Shown: positions 51,001 through 64,000 of the stretch, one piece after another | Numbering within the stretch: position 1 is the stretch's first letter | Layout: every line of letters starts with the position of its first letter | Origin: Nymphaea colorata | Lineage: Eukaryota | Assembly: GCF_008831285.2 (NCBI RefSeq) | Contig: NC_045138.2 | Location: 4,340,001-4,404,000, forward strand | DNA length: 64,000 bases | Reading direction: 5' to 3' | Translations under genes and position numbers: made by a program | Notes under the pieces: generated by a model | What the model was told of the DNA's origin: nothing | The model's input: only the letters and a program-made list of their open reading frames with translations | Databases searched by the model: none

Positions 51001-54000
51001 TTGCCCCTCAAACTGGTGGTGGATGCAGTCCATACGCCAAGTTTGTTGTGTAAGTTTTCAAGTTGAAGTCTAGGCAACGGCTTGGTAAATATGTCAGCAA
51101 TTTGCTTAGGGGAAGGAATGTATTTGGTGATGAGAGAGCCAATCACAACTTCCTCACGAAGAAAATGATAATCAATATCGACGTGCTTCATTCTTGAATG
51201 TAACGCTGGTTTGATGGAGACTTGAAGGGCTGAGATATTGTTACAATATAGTGTTGGAGGTTGCGAAATACAAATCCCAATATCCCGCAATATGTAGGTG
51301 AGCCAGATGAGTTCAGCGGTGGCAGATGCCATAGATCTATATTCTGCTTTTGTACTGGAGTGAGCAACGGAATTTTACTTTTTCGCACTCCAAGAGATAG
51401 GATTAACTCCAAGAAAGGTGCAAAATCCTGATGTTGAACGTTTGGTGAGGGGACATCCTGTCCAGTCCGCATCTGAGTAGGCTGATAGGTCAATAGCGGA
51501 CATCTTCATAAGTCGAATCTCATAATCAAGAGTTCCATTGACATATCTCAATATTCTTTTCACCAAAGAAAAATGAAAAGTATTTGGATTTTGCATAAAT
51601 TGGCTCACATAATTCACACTATATGGTATACCAGGCCTTGTGATAGTGAGATATTGCAAACCTCCTACCAAACTTCTATATATGGTGGCATCAATTTTTG
51701 TTGGTTCCTATGCTGAAGACGGGCGAAAGTTTGTGAGCATGGGCGTGGGAACATCTTTGGCGTTCAATAAATGGGCTTTGTCAAGTAGCTCGTAGGCATA
51801 TTTCCTTTGACTGAGAATAAGATATTGGTCATGAAAATGAGCCTCTATTCCAAGGAAATAATGAAGAAATCCTAAATCCTTCATGGTGAATTCTGAGCTT
51901 ACTTGTGAAATAAAATCTTGCATCAGCTTTGTGTTATTCCCGGTAAGAATGATGTCATCAACATATAGTAGTAGAATAAGAATTCCATGTTTGTTTTGGC
52001 ACACAAAAAGAGATGGATCAGCAACACTTGCAAAGAATCCCAATGAGAGAAGAAATGTACCAAATCGATCATACCAAGCTCGAGGAGCTTGTTTTAAACC
52101 ATAAAGAGCTCGCTTGAGCTTACATACATAATCTGGCTTGAGATTCGGAATCCAGGAGGTTGCTCTAGATAAACTGGTTCTTGTAAAAGACCATGTAAAA
52201 AGACATTTTTGACATCAAGTTGACGAATATCCCAAGCATAATGAAGAGCAATAGATAAGACAATTCTAATAGTAGCGGGTTTTACTACTGGTGAAAATGT
52301 CTCAAGAAAATGTATTCCAAGAATTTGAGAGAATCCTTTAGCAACAAGTCGAGCCTTGAGGCGTTCGACTGTTCCATCGCTTCGGAGTTTAGTTTTGAAG
52401 ACCCACTTGCTGCCTATAACATGCATGTCCTTGGAATATGGAACTAGATCCCATGTGTAATTAACATGAAGAGATTTTATTTCTTCCTGCATAGCTGTCG
52501 TCCAGTTTGGATCTTTGAGAGCCTCTTTGATTGTGCGAGGCTCTTGAGGAATCGAGCAAGCAAGGAGATATTTAGGATTAGGTTTCACGATCCCATCCTT
52601 AGAACGAGTTACCATGGAATGAGAGTTGGTTGCTCCACTGGTGGTGATGTCGTCATGAATAACTTGCATATTCATATCTTCAGCTCTATCAAAGGTGTTA
52701 TCATTGTTTGACATATTTTCTTCTCCTTGATCATAGGTCGTAACACCATTCAGCCCCTGTAATGTATGAGCACTTGTTGTAGCTGCATTCATATTTCCAG
52801 CATTGGTGTCATTATTGTTTGACATGTTTTCTTCTGCGTGAACATGAGTGAGATGATCATTTTGTCCAGCTAAGGTAGTGCCCATGGTGGCTGCATCATT
52901 AGGAGCATTTAGCAAAAGAGAACCATGAGAGTTATGATTGTCATAGGACGTGAGCCTTCGTGGATCGTTATTGAACTCTGAGCACGTGGTTTGTGCACCT
53001 GCACTTTCAGTAAAACTTGTTACCTCTTGAGTCGAATCCATGGGAAGAAACAATTTGCTTGACCGTTTGTATGGAAAGGTTTTCTCATCAAATACAACAT
53101 GACGTGAGATGAATATTCTTCGAGTTGGTGGGTATAGGCACCAATATCCTTTGTGTTGCTCCAAGTAGCCAAGAAAAATACATGGTAAGCTTTTTGGTTC
53201 AAACTTGTTCTTGGCATAGCTACCAAGAAAAGGAAAACACTTGCATCCAAAGCTGCGAAATATGGAATAATCAGCCTGTTTGTGAAATAATTTCTCATAA
53301 GGAGATGCCATGTCAAGTGTAGGCGAGGGAAGTCTATTTATTAACCAAGCTGCAGTAGAGAACGCTTCTACCCAAAATTGCATAGGAAGAGAACTATGAA
53401 ACAAAAGAGTGAGGCCAAGTTCAGTAATAGAACAATGACACCTTTCTGCCATCCCATTGTGTTCAGGCGTTTTTGGGCATGCTTTATAGTGAGTAATGCC
53501 ATTGACCTTCAAGTATGATGCTAAGTTTGCACCATTAAATTCCCCTCCTTCATCTGTTTGGAAGATTTTAATCTTCCCATCAAACTGATTTTTCATCACA
53601 GCATGAAGTTCACAAAAAGTCTTGAATAATTCTGATTTGTTTTTCAAGGGATAGAACCATATAAATATTGTGCATTCATCTACAAAAACAGCATAATAAT
53701 GGAACTTTTGATGAGAAATAATCGGTGTTGGGCCCCACAAATCACAATGAATTCTTTCAAAAGGCACTTGAGAATGTTCTTCGATATCAAGAAAAGGAAG
53801 TCGACTCATTTTCCCTAATTGATAACTCTCACAAATATGCATGACAGCATTCTTTGAGGACACATGAATCTTATTTTGTTTCTCTAAGAAACTTATTACT
53901 TGAGAATGAGTATGGCCAAGTCGCTCATGCCACGTACTTCTATCTGCAGACTTGAATTGGGTGGAAAAGAGAGCTGAATGTTCATCTTGCTGGAGTCCAT

Positions 54001-56364
54001 AGAGGTCACCAACTCTAGTTCCCGTTGCCACCGTTTTGTTGCTCACTTGATCCTTTATCATAAAACCGTTAGCATCAAACATAACAGAATATGGCATATC
54101 AGTTGTCAATTGACTAACGGAAAGAAGATTCTTCTTTATTTCAGGAATAACCAAAACGTTATTTAGAGTAAGCATTTGACGACTAGTAGGGATCTTGGTC
54201 ATTCCAGTATGAGTAATAGACAGTTTCCATTGCCAACCATCACTTTTTCATTTCCATAATACTTTTGTATGGAATAGAGGTTACCTGGATTATCGGTGAT
54301 ATGGTTTGATGCGCCTGTGTCTATGAACCAGGTTTCATCTTGTCCATCTGAAATTTTTAAGGCAGCAAGGGCCTTTGGAACATCTTCAGCTTGGAAAGCT
54401 TGATTAAATCTATGCCAGCAATTCAACGCCACATGATTTGGTTTATTGCAGATTTGACACATCATTCCTTTATAGGGATTTGAGGGCTGTTTCTCCTTCT
54501 TTGGATCACCTTTGTTTTGAAAATTTGTGCTCATATTATTACTAGCTTGAGTGAAGCCTCTTCCAACTGAATTAAACTGATGCCTATTATGTTTGTTGTA
54601 GGTGCGTGGCTGCAGACTTTGTTGTGCGACAAAAGCTAAGTGATGATGTATTCCAGCTTCTTCAGCATGAAGTGCTCGCATGGTTTCATGCTCCTGCAAT
54701 AGGGCAACTACTTTTATATATTGCATGGTGGGAGGTCGAGTGAGCATAGAGGTGACAAAGGCCTCATAGCCACTGCCTAAACCATTTAACAACCAAAATA
54801 CTTTGTATTGATCATAAATAGGCTTGCCTATGGCAGCCAACTCATCACAAATAGCCTTGAGCTCTCTTATATACTGAGCAACAGATAAATCTTTTTTTCG
54901 ATGGAGCTGTAAACGCTGGGTTAACAAGAATTCACGTTATCTGGATTCATGAGCAAAAGCAGTAATCAAGGCATCCCAGACTTCTTTGGAAGTCTCCAAG
55001 CCAACGACTAAACCAAGAACCTCTTCTGAGAGTGTTCCGGTGATCCATCCTCTTAGGAGACAATCTGATTTCTTCCATTCAAGAAAATCAACATTTGCAA
55101 CAATTTCATTATTTCTAGTTATAAACTCAGCAGACATGGAGTGATTCCCATTAATAAAACCACGCATGTTTTAACTCTCAATAAGGCCAAGAAGTTGAGT
55201 TTTTCATAGAAGAAAGTTGGACTGAGTCAGCTTTAAGGAAACAAAAGTTGCGACATTGAGATTATAGGGGTAAGGGTACTTAGCTTCTCTGGAGGCTTCC
55301 ATGAGATGCAACAATAATAACACGTCCGCCCTTAAAACCAGAACTCAGTTTCTGTAGATGGTGGTGCTTGCAATAGAAGAGACGGACAGAAATCTGGTGA
55401 TAGTGGCCGGCTCAAGTCACCAATCCAATCGAGCTTATAGTCGTTGAATTGGTAATAGATCAATGATCCCCTCTGTAAATTTTTACACAGAGAGAGCAAT
55501 CGTGAAGACCAGGGCAGATGATAGAACACAGCGATAGAAATCTGTAAGGCCCTGCAGCAAAAGACCAGTTGCAGGGAACTCCTCAGAACAGTTGGTACTC
55601 AAAAATTCGTAGCGCCCTGATACCAACTCCAAAAATTCTGAAATTTGGAGGGAAGATTGCTAAGAAGAAGACGATTCGGACGGATCTTTGCTCGACCAAA
55701 ATGGTGGCCGGGGTAATCAACGCCTGCATCCAAAGTTGAGGCAGATTCTGGTTTTGTCGTCGACTGAGAAGGCTGAAGTTGAGGCAGAACTTCTGTTTGT
55801 TGTTTGTTGAATAAGCAAATCACATTCAAATTGAGTGAAACTTAGACACAATGAAGCTCAAATCTATACGAACCAAATGATAAATGTCCCGTCCTCAAAT
55901 GACTGGCGAGTCGCCGGATTCCAGCGTCGGAACTGGCCGGACTGTTACAGCAGATAGAAACAGAATAGGTTCAGACGTGCTTCCAAGAATTTGGGATTTT
56001 GCACCGCTTTGATCACCAAATTGGTCAATCTTAGAGCCGCTGGATCTGTAACACAGAGAAGATCCTCCCTGTAAAAGCTCAGTTCAAAAGTTTGTCTGTG
56101 CAGAAGACGCTGGTCAATGAGGTGAGGGGCGACAACAACGTTCCCTGTTCCTTTTCTTCTTGACTGGGGCACTCAAAATCCAAGCGGTCCCTCCTTGATA
56201 CTTCAATTTTCTGCAAAGATTCTGGAAAAATCTCCAGAGGTTTAGGAGTCATTTGCTCCTGTGCCACAGCTATATGGATCGGCGGAAGTCGTTGCTGTGA
56301 ACAGATGGAATGTGATCTGTTTCTTCCTCTGTTTTATGCCTACTTCAAAGAAGCTCTGATACCA

Positions 56365-56731
56365 TGATAACAAAAGAGATGAACTCAATTTTAACGTGGT
56401 TGGGTACTCTGTACCTACATCCACGGTAGCTCTCAAAAGTATGAGAGACACACTATGTGCATCGTTTTAAATACAAGATGTATGACAAGGAGATTTACAA
56501 TTAACGTTTATCTCCTTGATTTCAGCCTTGGAGGTCACAGTATCTATCTCCTTGATTTCAGCCTTGGAGGTTACAATGTTAATCTCCTTGATTTTAGCAT
56601 TGAAGATTTCAGTATCGTGAGTGATTTCAGCAACAGCCGTTTCATCTACGCCAGCATGCTCGGTGGTGATTTTGGCAACTTCATTATCATCAACACTTTC
56701 CACATATTTGATTCTTGCCTTATTGTTGACA
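56365..56731 (-). repeat. 5' LTR of the copia element
   Basis: 367 bp, immediately followed on the minus strand by the PBS. Confidence 0.95.
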
Positions 56732-58150
56732 GGAAGGGGATCTTGGACAGTTGGAAGAAGGTTAACCACTCAATTCAATGGCAGGTGAGTAACGGTAACA
56801 AGACGGAAGTTTGGTTTGAGAGCTGGGATGGGGAGTTTTATTTTCATAAGCAAAACTAGTCGTACTAAATGTGAAGATCATTTCTTGAAGTTGTCTGTCC
56901 AAAAAATAATACTCATTTTCAGTAATAGTGAGCTGTCTCCCTCTGGTTCTCCATGGATTTCTCATGTTGTGACTACAAGTAGATTGTCGGAAGTCGACGA
57001 TATTCTGACATGGGATTCTAGGAATGTAAAGGATATGAAAGTTGTGGACTTTTATGTGAATACAAGAACAAAATTCCCTTGCATGGAGTGGAAAAAATCT
57101 TTATGGAGCAGTAAAGCTCTCCCTTGTGTCATTTGGTGTTGTTTCCTTGCTCTTGAAGGGAGGCTCTTGATGCAGGACAGACTTAAATCTTTTGGTCTTT
57201 TCATGCCCAGAAAATGTGTGCTTTGTGAGAAGAAAGAAGAATCTCCGCCACATTTGCTTGGAAAATGTGAGTGCGTTACTTTCGTAAAGAAATCTGTGGC
57301 TAAAAAATTCACTGTTCGCATCCCCTCCTTCAACTCTGTAAAGGATGAATTTGATTGGTGAAGATTGACAAGGTTTGGTAGCAGCTGGATTAAACGATGC
57401 TGGTATCTTTTCTTTCCAATGATTATCTTGACAATATGGAAAGAAAGAAACCAGCGGGTACATTCAGGTCTTAAAAAGTCTAAAAAATGTGTTTTTCTTA
57501 ATCTTTGGAGAGATTTTTGTTTGTTGGTCGTTTCTGCGGGTTGGATGTAAAAGAGAGATGGGTCTTTGGTTTTGCTTTCGTATTCACCCTAATCCATACA
57601 GAAAGTGCATTTCAATTGTTGACTTCGTGGTCGAATCTATCTCCTCTTTTCAGAATGTCTCTCAACGAGTGGCTATTGCTGTCAGTTTCAAAGATCAAGA
57701 ACACACCTAGATGGGATTACGCCATTCAACCTGTCATCTTGCTTGGACTGCTGAAGATTTTGTGGATCGTATTTTCAATCATATTTCATCCTCTAGCCAA
57801 TGAATCTGTTTCATTTCCATTCCTCTTGGGTGGAGAAACAAGGTTGGGAAAGCCATTAAATGCAATAAAGTTGAAGGTGAGGGAGCTTTTTCAGGATAGA
57901 ATAAGGATAGGATTGCTATTTGTAGAGATGGCAATCCCATTGGGTTCTTTAGCTGTAAATTTAAAATCTCCTTCCTTTTCTACCTGTAAATTCTTTTTGC
58001 TGGTGGATTGCTTAACTGATTTCCTGGTTCTTAGTTTTGGGGATTCCTGTCACTTTTTGTAGGGTTTTTTAAGGCAGTCCTGTTGCTTTTGATCTGTTTG
58101 GTTCATTCTTGATTCTTTGTTAATAAAAGGGAGGGGATCATACACCCCAG
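56732..58150 (+). mobile_element. 3' fragment of a second L1-clade LINE (zf-RVT region); its first ~50 bp lie at ~50582-50633, left of the copia
   Basis: WKGILDSWKKVNHSIQWQVSNGNKTEVWFESWDG reads across the copia TSD, followed by WKKSLWSSKALP...CVLCEKKEESPPHLLGKC and IWKERNQRVH. Frameshifted; 3' end approximate. Confidence 0.85.
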
Positions 58151-59041
58151 CCTATTTGCATTGGAAGCAAGACCACTTTTCCACAGCCCAGCCCAATGTA
58201 CAATTAAGAGAAGATACCTTTAAGAGGCTGAAGCCCCTCTCCTTTTCCATGTCGATGAGGAGAAGAACACTGGCACCCACTTTTTATGGTTCAGTCGAAT
58301 AACTACTTCGATGAAAGTACAATAAATAGATAAAGATATTGCATATGTTCATGTGGGGAAGCAACGGCTCTTGCCTTGTCAAGCAAATCGGGTTCATGCA
58401 GATCCAAGATCAAAAGCCCAACAGTATAAAACTTTTTAATGCTCTATTTGGCCTCCCAATTAATTAACTTTTTCTAAGCTAAAAACTTTGCTCTTGTGGA
58501 TGCATTTTATTTCAAAGAAGAGAGGGATCGATGATGAAAATAGCTTGGGTTCACCAAAAAACAAAAACAACAAAATCTAGAGATAATTGTCTTGATATCT
58601 GATCTGGTACAGCTAAAAATGTCAAAAACTTCTGCGCCAAATCCAGCACTTCTGCATCCAACAGATGAGAAGGGCGTTCTAAAAAGAAGCGTGGTCTGCA
58701 AGGAGTCGCATGTTGCTCCTTTTCTTCTTCTTCTTTTCTTTTCAGAAAAGAAAAGGTGGTCAGCCACTTGTTAGCTTTTCACACTGTTCTTATCTCAAAG
58801 ACTGAGAAGGACACTTTCGGAGTAGACCGGTCTATCAGGTTCTACTTCCGTCTGTTCACAGTCGTGAGATTTGTTTTGTGCCATTTTGGATTTGGATCCA
58901 GCTGTTTATCATTTTTATGATTTATATAATTATTTGCATATTGTTATAAACTCTCATGAAGGGGTAAGCCGGCCAGAGACCGGGCGACAACGTTGCCCTC
59001 CGAGAGCTGCCACAACTCTCTTATCTCTTTCTCTCTGTCTC

Positions 59042-60810
59042 ATTATTCAGGCATCATTATTAGGTTACTTTTTTTATATTTTAAATTAATACCATCATCA
59101 CCATCATCATCAAATTTGCTTCTTAAATACCCTATGGATTTTCTTATTAAAGATTTTGATATTAAGCATGTTTCGTTTAATTAATTTGATCGAATAACAA
59201 TCTCAGATCCAATTGGATTCAACCAATTCGCAGAATCATAAGCCTTCGGATTTGATTCAAGAACGATTTTATGATACCGATTTAACCAACTAGGCTTCAC
59301 GTAAAAAAAAAAAACATGTCAACTTAGTACACCATACTTTGAGTGAGAAAATTATTTGCTAGTGTAATTGGTAATAAAATTGAATAGTAGCGGCCCAAGA
59401 AATGAGGATTATATCTCGAACTCGGCCAAGCCATCAAGACTAAAGCCTCTAGGCTCGGTCCTTTGCCATAAAAAAGAAATAGATTTTAGACCAAAGATAG
59501 TGGGAATTTAAAATTTAGACTTTCAGAGATAGAAAAAAAGAAGAGGGAGAGAGAATTAAAGGGATATGTTTAAAGAGAGAGAGAGAGAGAGCAAACAAGA
59601 TAGAGATTTAAAAAGGGGCAGAGTGTGGTTGATAAAAGAGAGGGAGGGAGATAGTTTCAGCAGAAATCAAAGAAAGCAACAAAGAGAAATCAAACATAAA
59701 GAAAGAGAGGAAGAGACATTTTAAGAGAGAGATCAAAGAGAGAGAAAAAAAGACAAATTGAAGAGAGTGTGTGACTAATAAAAGAAAGAGAAAAAAATTG
59801 TAAAAGAGAAATTGAAAAGAGAGAAACCAAAGTAATAAAAGAAAGAGAAAGATCTAAGAGAAAAAACAAGAGAGATAAAGGATCTTATGAAAAAGGATAC
59901 GAAATTTTGAACAAGTATAATTTCTCAAGGACAATAAACAAATCTCAATGGGGCACAAATCCAGATCCGTCAATATATCCATTTTGAATCGGATCGATTT
60001 ATTCCGAAATGATTGGAAATGGAAAAAAATTTTAAATAAACATCCTATATCATATGCTCTTACACTTTGAAAATCAGTCACATTTGGTTCAATAATTGGA
60101 TTTAGATTCAGATATGAATGTAAAATTAGGATCTGATCGGACTTAGATAATGAAATCAGCTTTTTTATTCAGATTCAGATTCAGATGTGACTTTTTTTTA
60201 TTTGTAGCTGAATTTGATTCTGAACGTCAGTATGTGAATATTTGAAAAAATTGATATGGTTAAGAATATATCTGATTCAAATCTGATCCATTGACATCTC
60301 TACCTGGAAGTCAGCAATACGTGCACACCTCAACGAGATAAAGTGGTTGAGAGTATCGCCAACAAAGGGATGTAAAATAGTCTCAATGACCGTAGCATAG
60401 CGGCTTGGCAAATGCACGTCGCATGTACAATTCTCATGGGTGTTACTCTAAAAAATAAGTTTGTGATGCTTAAGTTAAAGGGTATATACTATACTTCACC
60501 CAGGCTTCAATGCAGCCCAAGACCCTAAGATAGAGGGAATGGGGAGGTCTCCTTCTTGTAACCTTTAATTTAAAGGGTATACTATATTCCACCCAGGCTC
60601 CAATGCAACCCAAGAACCTAAGGTAGAGGGAATGGAGAGGACTCCCTCTTGTAGCTTCAGCGGTTGGTCATTAGTGGCTGTTTTGCCCCCTATCTACCAA
60701 GAAAGTTAACAAACCATGTTGCAAAACTGCAGTCATAGTCACAAAAAATTGTCTTTAAAAAAAAAAATGACCCCGTGATAAAAAAAGGCCAAAATAATAT
60801 AAATAGGAAA
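59042..60810 (+). repeat. Segmental duplication block B'
   Basis: Mosaic copy of 39882-41165 and 43800-44345; includes a ~95-bp tandem duplication at 60476-60653. Confidence 0.85.
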
Positions 60811-61638
60811 GTTTAACTAGTGCTCATCAAATTGTGGCTACAACCTATACTGACTGCTTTGTAATTTTTTACTGACGCATTCCTCCCAAGGTAAAACTAT
60901 TGTTTTTTTTTTTTTGTAGTGTTAATCAGGTTTTCCATTGAAAAGAAAACAAGGAAAAGAATAAAACTGAACCATTAAGCCGCCATCTTAGACATTTCAG
61001 AACTGAAAAATAAACATAAAAGATCAAATCGTGAGCCACTTAACTTTGGAACGATAAACAAACAAAAAGATTTGTTGACGAAACATAAAAGATCAAATCT
61101 ATAAGCTCTATTGAATGTAAAAGAAGGAAATATGTACAAATAAAAGCAAAATAAGTACAAATGAAAGCAAAATAAATTTAGGGTTTCCAATTAATTATAG
61201 TCTTCACCCACTCCAAATGAACTGCCCGTTCATTTAAATAGAGCTTCCTAACTAATTGGATCTTGGATCCATTCTAAGATCCCATCCGTGTGAACGTGCC
61301 TCATTGATCCATTCTACAATCATTTCTAAATGCAGTGCTGTTGTCACTCACTCTCTCTCTCTCTCTTTCTACACACACGCAAAGAAATATATATATATAT
61401 ATATATATATATCAGGAAAGTTGGTAAAAAGCAGACCACTTGGTAAGAGAAAAAAACTAGACCTATTAAAATATTTTTTGGGCAATCTAACCTCATAGAT
61501 ATGATCTTAAGAGTAATTTGATAGAAACATATATTCAGTTAGTCATTTTTTATTTAAATAAATTTTTTAATAATAAAAATATAACCGACTCTTATAACAT
61601 AAGATTTTGACTTTGAAGTGGGGCAGAATGGTTTCAAA

Positions 61639-61976
61639 GTATTGTCACAAAAAACTCCGTTTTTTTAAAAAAAATGCGTTATTTAACGTCAAAAATACTT
61701 CTTTCGTATAATACCCGTATTATTCTCGTTTTTTTTAAAAAACATCAAAAAACAAAAAACACGTATAATACCCATTTTTTGCAGTTATTTTCCAGTTTTT
61801 TGCCATTTTTTTATTAATTATTAATTTTTATAATTTTTAAGATGTATTAAATGTTTAATTTTAAAAAAAAATTTATCAAACTTTTCTCGTTTTATTCTCG
61901 AGATATAAAACTTTATCGTATTATACCCGTTTTTTTCTCGCCGTTTAATACCCGTATACGTTTATTGTGACAATGC
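61639..61976. mobile_element. MITE-like element
   Basis: Inverted ends GTATTGTCACAA / TTGTGACAATGC with internal ATACCCGT motifs; TSD not clear. Confidence 0.55.
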
Positions 61977-62669
61977 AGTAAAAGGTATAGTTTGTTAACT
62001 GTTTTGGATGGAATTCTAATATATTTCATTCATGAACCGTGTAGCCATGAGTTAACCTCGACAGTTTTTTTTTTAACATATAAAACGATAAAGTTGAAAA
62101 GCCATTTAAAATTGTTGAGATTTATTTCCGAACATATGAAACCTAGTTGTCTTTAGGAGCGGTATGCAAAATATGGTTAATTATAAAAATAAAATGAATA
62201 AAGAATTTTCATCGAACCAACCTTGGAAACATGATACACCAACACGCGTTAACAGCTTTCCGAACTACTGAACTTGAATCTTGAATAATCTCAACTAAAA
62301 TTGATATGGAATGGTATAGACGCTCGATACTCCACAGGGCTTACATGAAGACGCGCACACACAATATATATATATATATATATAACCACTGACAGGGTAA
62401 ATGAATTTTATTAGATGGTTAAAATTTAAAAATTTGTTCTTACACACAAATATTAACGTGCGGGAGTAGGTGTGGGTGTTGCCCATATAAGTCTACAAAA
62501 AATATTTTATTTTCAGAATGAAACTTCACTTCATTTTTTCTCATTCACGCCTTTAAAATTTAAAATTACATAATTCATGCCCCTTTACCAAAATTCTCTG
62601 GTTCTGCAGTCCACAGTTTATGATTGACTTTATTGATGAATTTTTAAAGCTACCTGGCATCTATTGATT

Positions 62670-62737
<68 letters not shown>

Positions 62738-63052
62738 CCATAACTACCTCATCTTTGCATAGGCCCCAAGCATTAAAGTTCGGCTTTGGCTTGCACATTA
62801 ACCATTGATGCGTGATTGCGAGTGTGACGACATGGTTCCTACCATATTAACTCTTTCATTTATTTCAACCTGAAGGCCTTGAATTGAATCTCTAGCTAAC
62901 TGCGCATAGTTCTTGCTAAACACGTGCTAATAACACACACCAAACTAATAACTTTAAGTATCTTCAATACACCATATACTATAGACTTCCAGGCGTAAAA
63001 AAATCAACAATTACATTATTAGCTGAGTAGACGATAATATATTCGGGATATA

Positions 63053-63122
<70 letters not shown>

Positions 63123-64000
63123 TTATTTTTCCAAGTTCAATTATGGAAAAATATATATAAATGCAAACTACATGTCTAAAACGTAAAGGCTTAAAAACCA
63201 TGGTTTTCAAAAATGTATGACCAATTAAAATAAAAAACCAGCCTCGTTTTAATTTTTATGTAATATTATCTACCCATTTCAAATATGGGATTTTTAACCC
63301 CACCGAATTTTAAATGCAAAGACCACGTCCTTGAAGTAGATCGCAAAAAAAAGGAAAAAAACAGTGGAATTGTTCAAAATGAATATGGTACATCACATAT
63401 ATGTTGTGTATACTACTAGATTTTGTCTTAAGGTTACATCACATATCTGTTGTGTATACTACTATAACCATGGCAATTAATGTTATCTCTTGATTTAATG
63501 AGTGCTGGAATAATTTCAATTATCGTAGGCCTAGTGCTTATGTGTATATACAAAAAGTATAAATACAACTTACTTTTGCTAGATCTTAGGCCCCAGACAA
63601 ATTAGTAAAAGCGCCGTGGTCGATCGAAAGTACTAGATGTGTCCTTCCATTACAAAGAAGTAATTTTTTTTTTCCCTTGATCACAGCGGGATTTGAGCCA
63701 TGTTAATCTGCACAGAAAATATCAAGCATTGAAAATAATCTAACAAACGACTAAGAAATCCAAATTTTTAAACGAAAAGCACTAAAACTTTTCTTTTCTG
63801 CGTCCAAACTATCAAGACTCGCACATGAAATATGCAACGAATCCTCCATTATTGATCCAGAATATGCATAAAATGGTGGCTTCAATGCTTCGTTGTTAAA
63901 AATTTCAAGGTATATGTTCTGCCATTACTGAGGAGGCAAAGTATCGAATGAAAAATGAAACCCCTCTCCTTTCTGACATCACCACATCATCATCGTATTC

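Larger units (their letters stand above)
50634..56731 (-). mobile_element. Full-length but decayed Ty1/copia LTR retrotransposon (Ale/Retrofit-like)
   Basis: Two 367-bp TG...CA LTRs; 5-bp TSD GGAAG (50629-50633, 56732-56736); PBS TGGTATCAGAGC (56364-56353, tRNA-iMet); PPT next to 51001. Gag starts at ATG 55302 (zinc knuckle CQICNKPNHVALNC), then protease WFIDTGASNH, integrase (HCDLWGP, NGMAER), RT (QLDVKN, LYVDD) and RNase H (YSDADW) in copia order. Several stops and frameshifts. Confidence 0.97.
46722..58960 (+). repeat. Segmental duplication block A' (interrupted by LINE and copia insertions)
   Basis: Collinear with 2772-8588. Homology stops at ~50582 and resumes at ~58320. Confidence 0.9.

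Overview
AT-rich, repeat-rich flowering-plant nuclear DNA; no prokaryotic features, RNA genes or CRISPR arrays were seen. Genes: (i) a small secreted-peptide precursor with an IDA/PIP-like PPSAPS motif (1862-2155, -); (ii) a 59-codon ORF below the ORF-track cut-off with a TATA box, an ACCATGG start and a PPKRGKVK motif (13520-13699, +); (iii) an intron-containing, 5'-truncated, internally deleted and frameshifted copy of the DNA polymerase delta catalytic subunit (14 exons, 16773-24539, -) whose last exons are still open; (iv) an intact, intronless CC-NB-ARC-LRR immune receptor (36121-39531, +). Mobile DNA: a 5'-truncated LINE upstream of the NLR, a Ty1/copia element with both LTRs, PBS, PPT and GGAAG target-site duplication nested in a second LINE fragment, several non-autonomous hAT elements and a hAT transposase relic. 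The architecture looks like a ~44-kb tandem segmental duplication whose second copy joins its two flanking blocks directly and lacks the ~30-kb gene-bearing core. All calls were made by eye, without searches or alignments.
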